Below, piece by piece: positions 48,925-49,088 of a stretch of 49,088 nucleotides of DNA. The notes beneath the pieces were generated by a model, which was not told where the DNA came from, searched no databases, and was given only the letters and a program-made list of their open reading frames with translations. How positions within the stretch are numbered: position 1 is the first letter of the stretch; each line of letters starts with the position of its first letter. The position numbers and the translations under genes were made by a program. Source of the DNA: Octopus bimaculoides (Eukaryota); the NCBI RefSeq assembly GCF_001194135.2, contig NC_068991.1:54167472-54216559 (forward strand). Reading direction: 5' to 3'.

Positions 48925-49088
48925 GGTAGGTGGTCTTGTGGTAAGAAGCTTGCTTCGCAACCATATGGTTCAGGTTTCAGTCACACTGCGTGGCACCTTG
49001 GGCAACTATTTCATACTATAGCTTCGGGCTGACCAAAGCCTTGTGAATGGATTTGGTAGAGGGAAACTAAAAGAAGTCCGTCATATAT
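48925..49088 (+). mobile_element. SINE family B 5' portion
   Basis: GTGGTAAGAAGCTTGCTTCGCAACCATATGGTTCAGGTTTCAGTC...GGCACCTTGGGCAAC...GGAAACTAAAAGAAGTCCG. Confidence 0.85.

Overview
AT-rich animal genomic scaffold with many N gaps. It is most consistent with an octopus (coleoid cephalopod) draft assembly; this is inferred from the SINE/RTE repeat families and extreme microsatellite density, and was not verified by search. The first ~6 kb holds the 3' end of a plus-strand intron-containing gene. It has one 2,139-nt phase-1/phase-1 exon (1806-3944) encoding an RG repeat, a PAM2-type PABP-binding motif and a long acidic disordered region, followed by a small stop-containing exon (4226-4305). At 23836-24021 is a 61-aa single-pass membrane ORF, flanked by plausible splice sites, whose spacing matches the InaF motif of TRP-channel regulator microproteins. 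The rest is dominated by transposon relics: three tRNA-derived SINE families, RTE, CR1/Jockey-like and R4/Dong-like LINE fragments, four Penelope-like fragments, a mariner relic, a DD37E Tc1-like element with long TIRs, and MITEs. A type I hammerhead ribozyme motif lies on the minus strand at 37354-37424, and a possible second gene start runs into the gap at 44703. Family names and reference motifs are recalled from memory; no searches or folding programs were run, and repeat boundaries are approximate.
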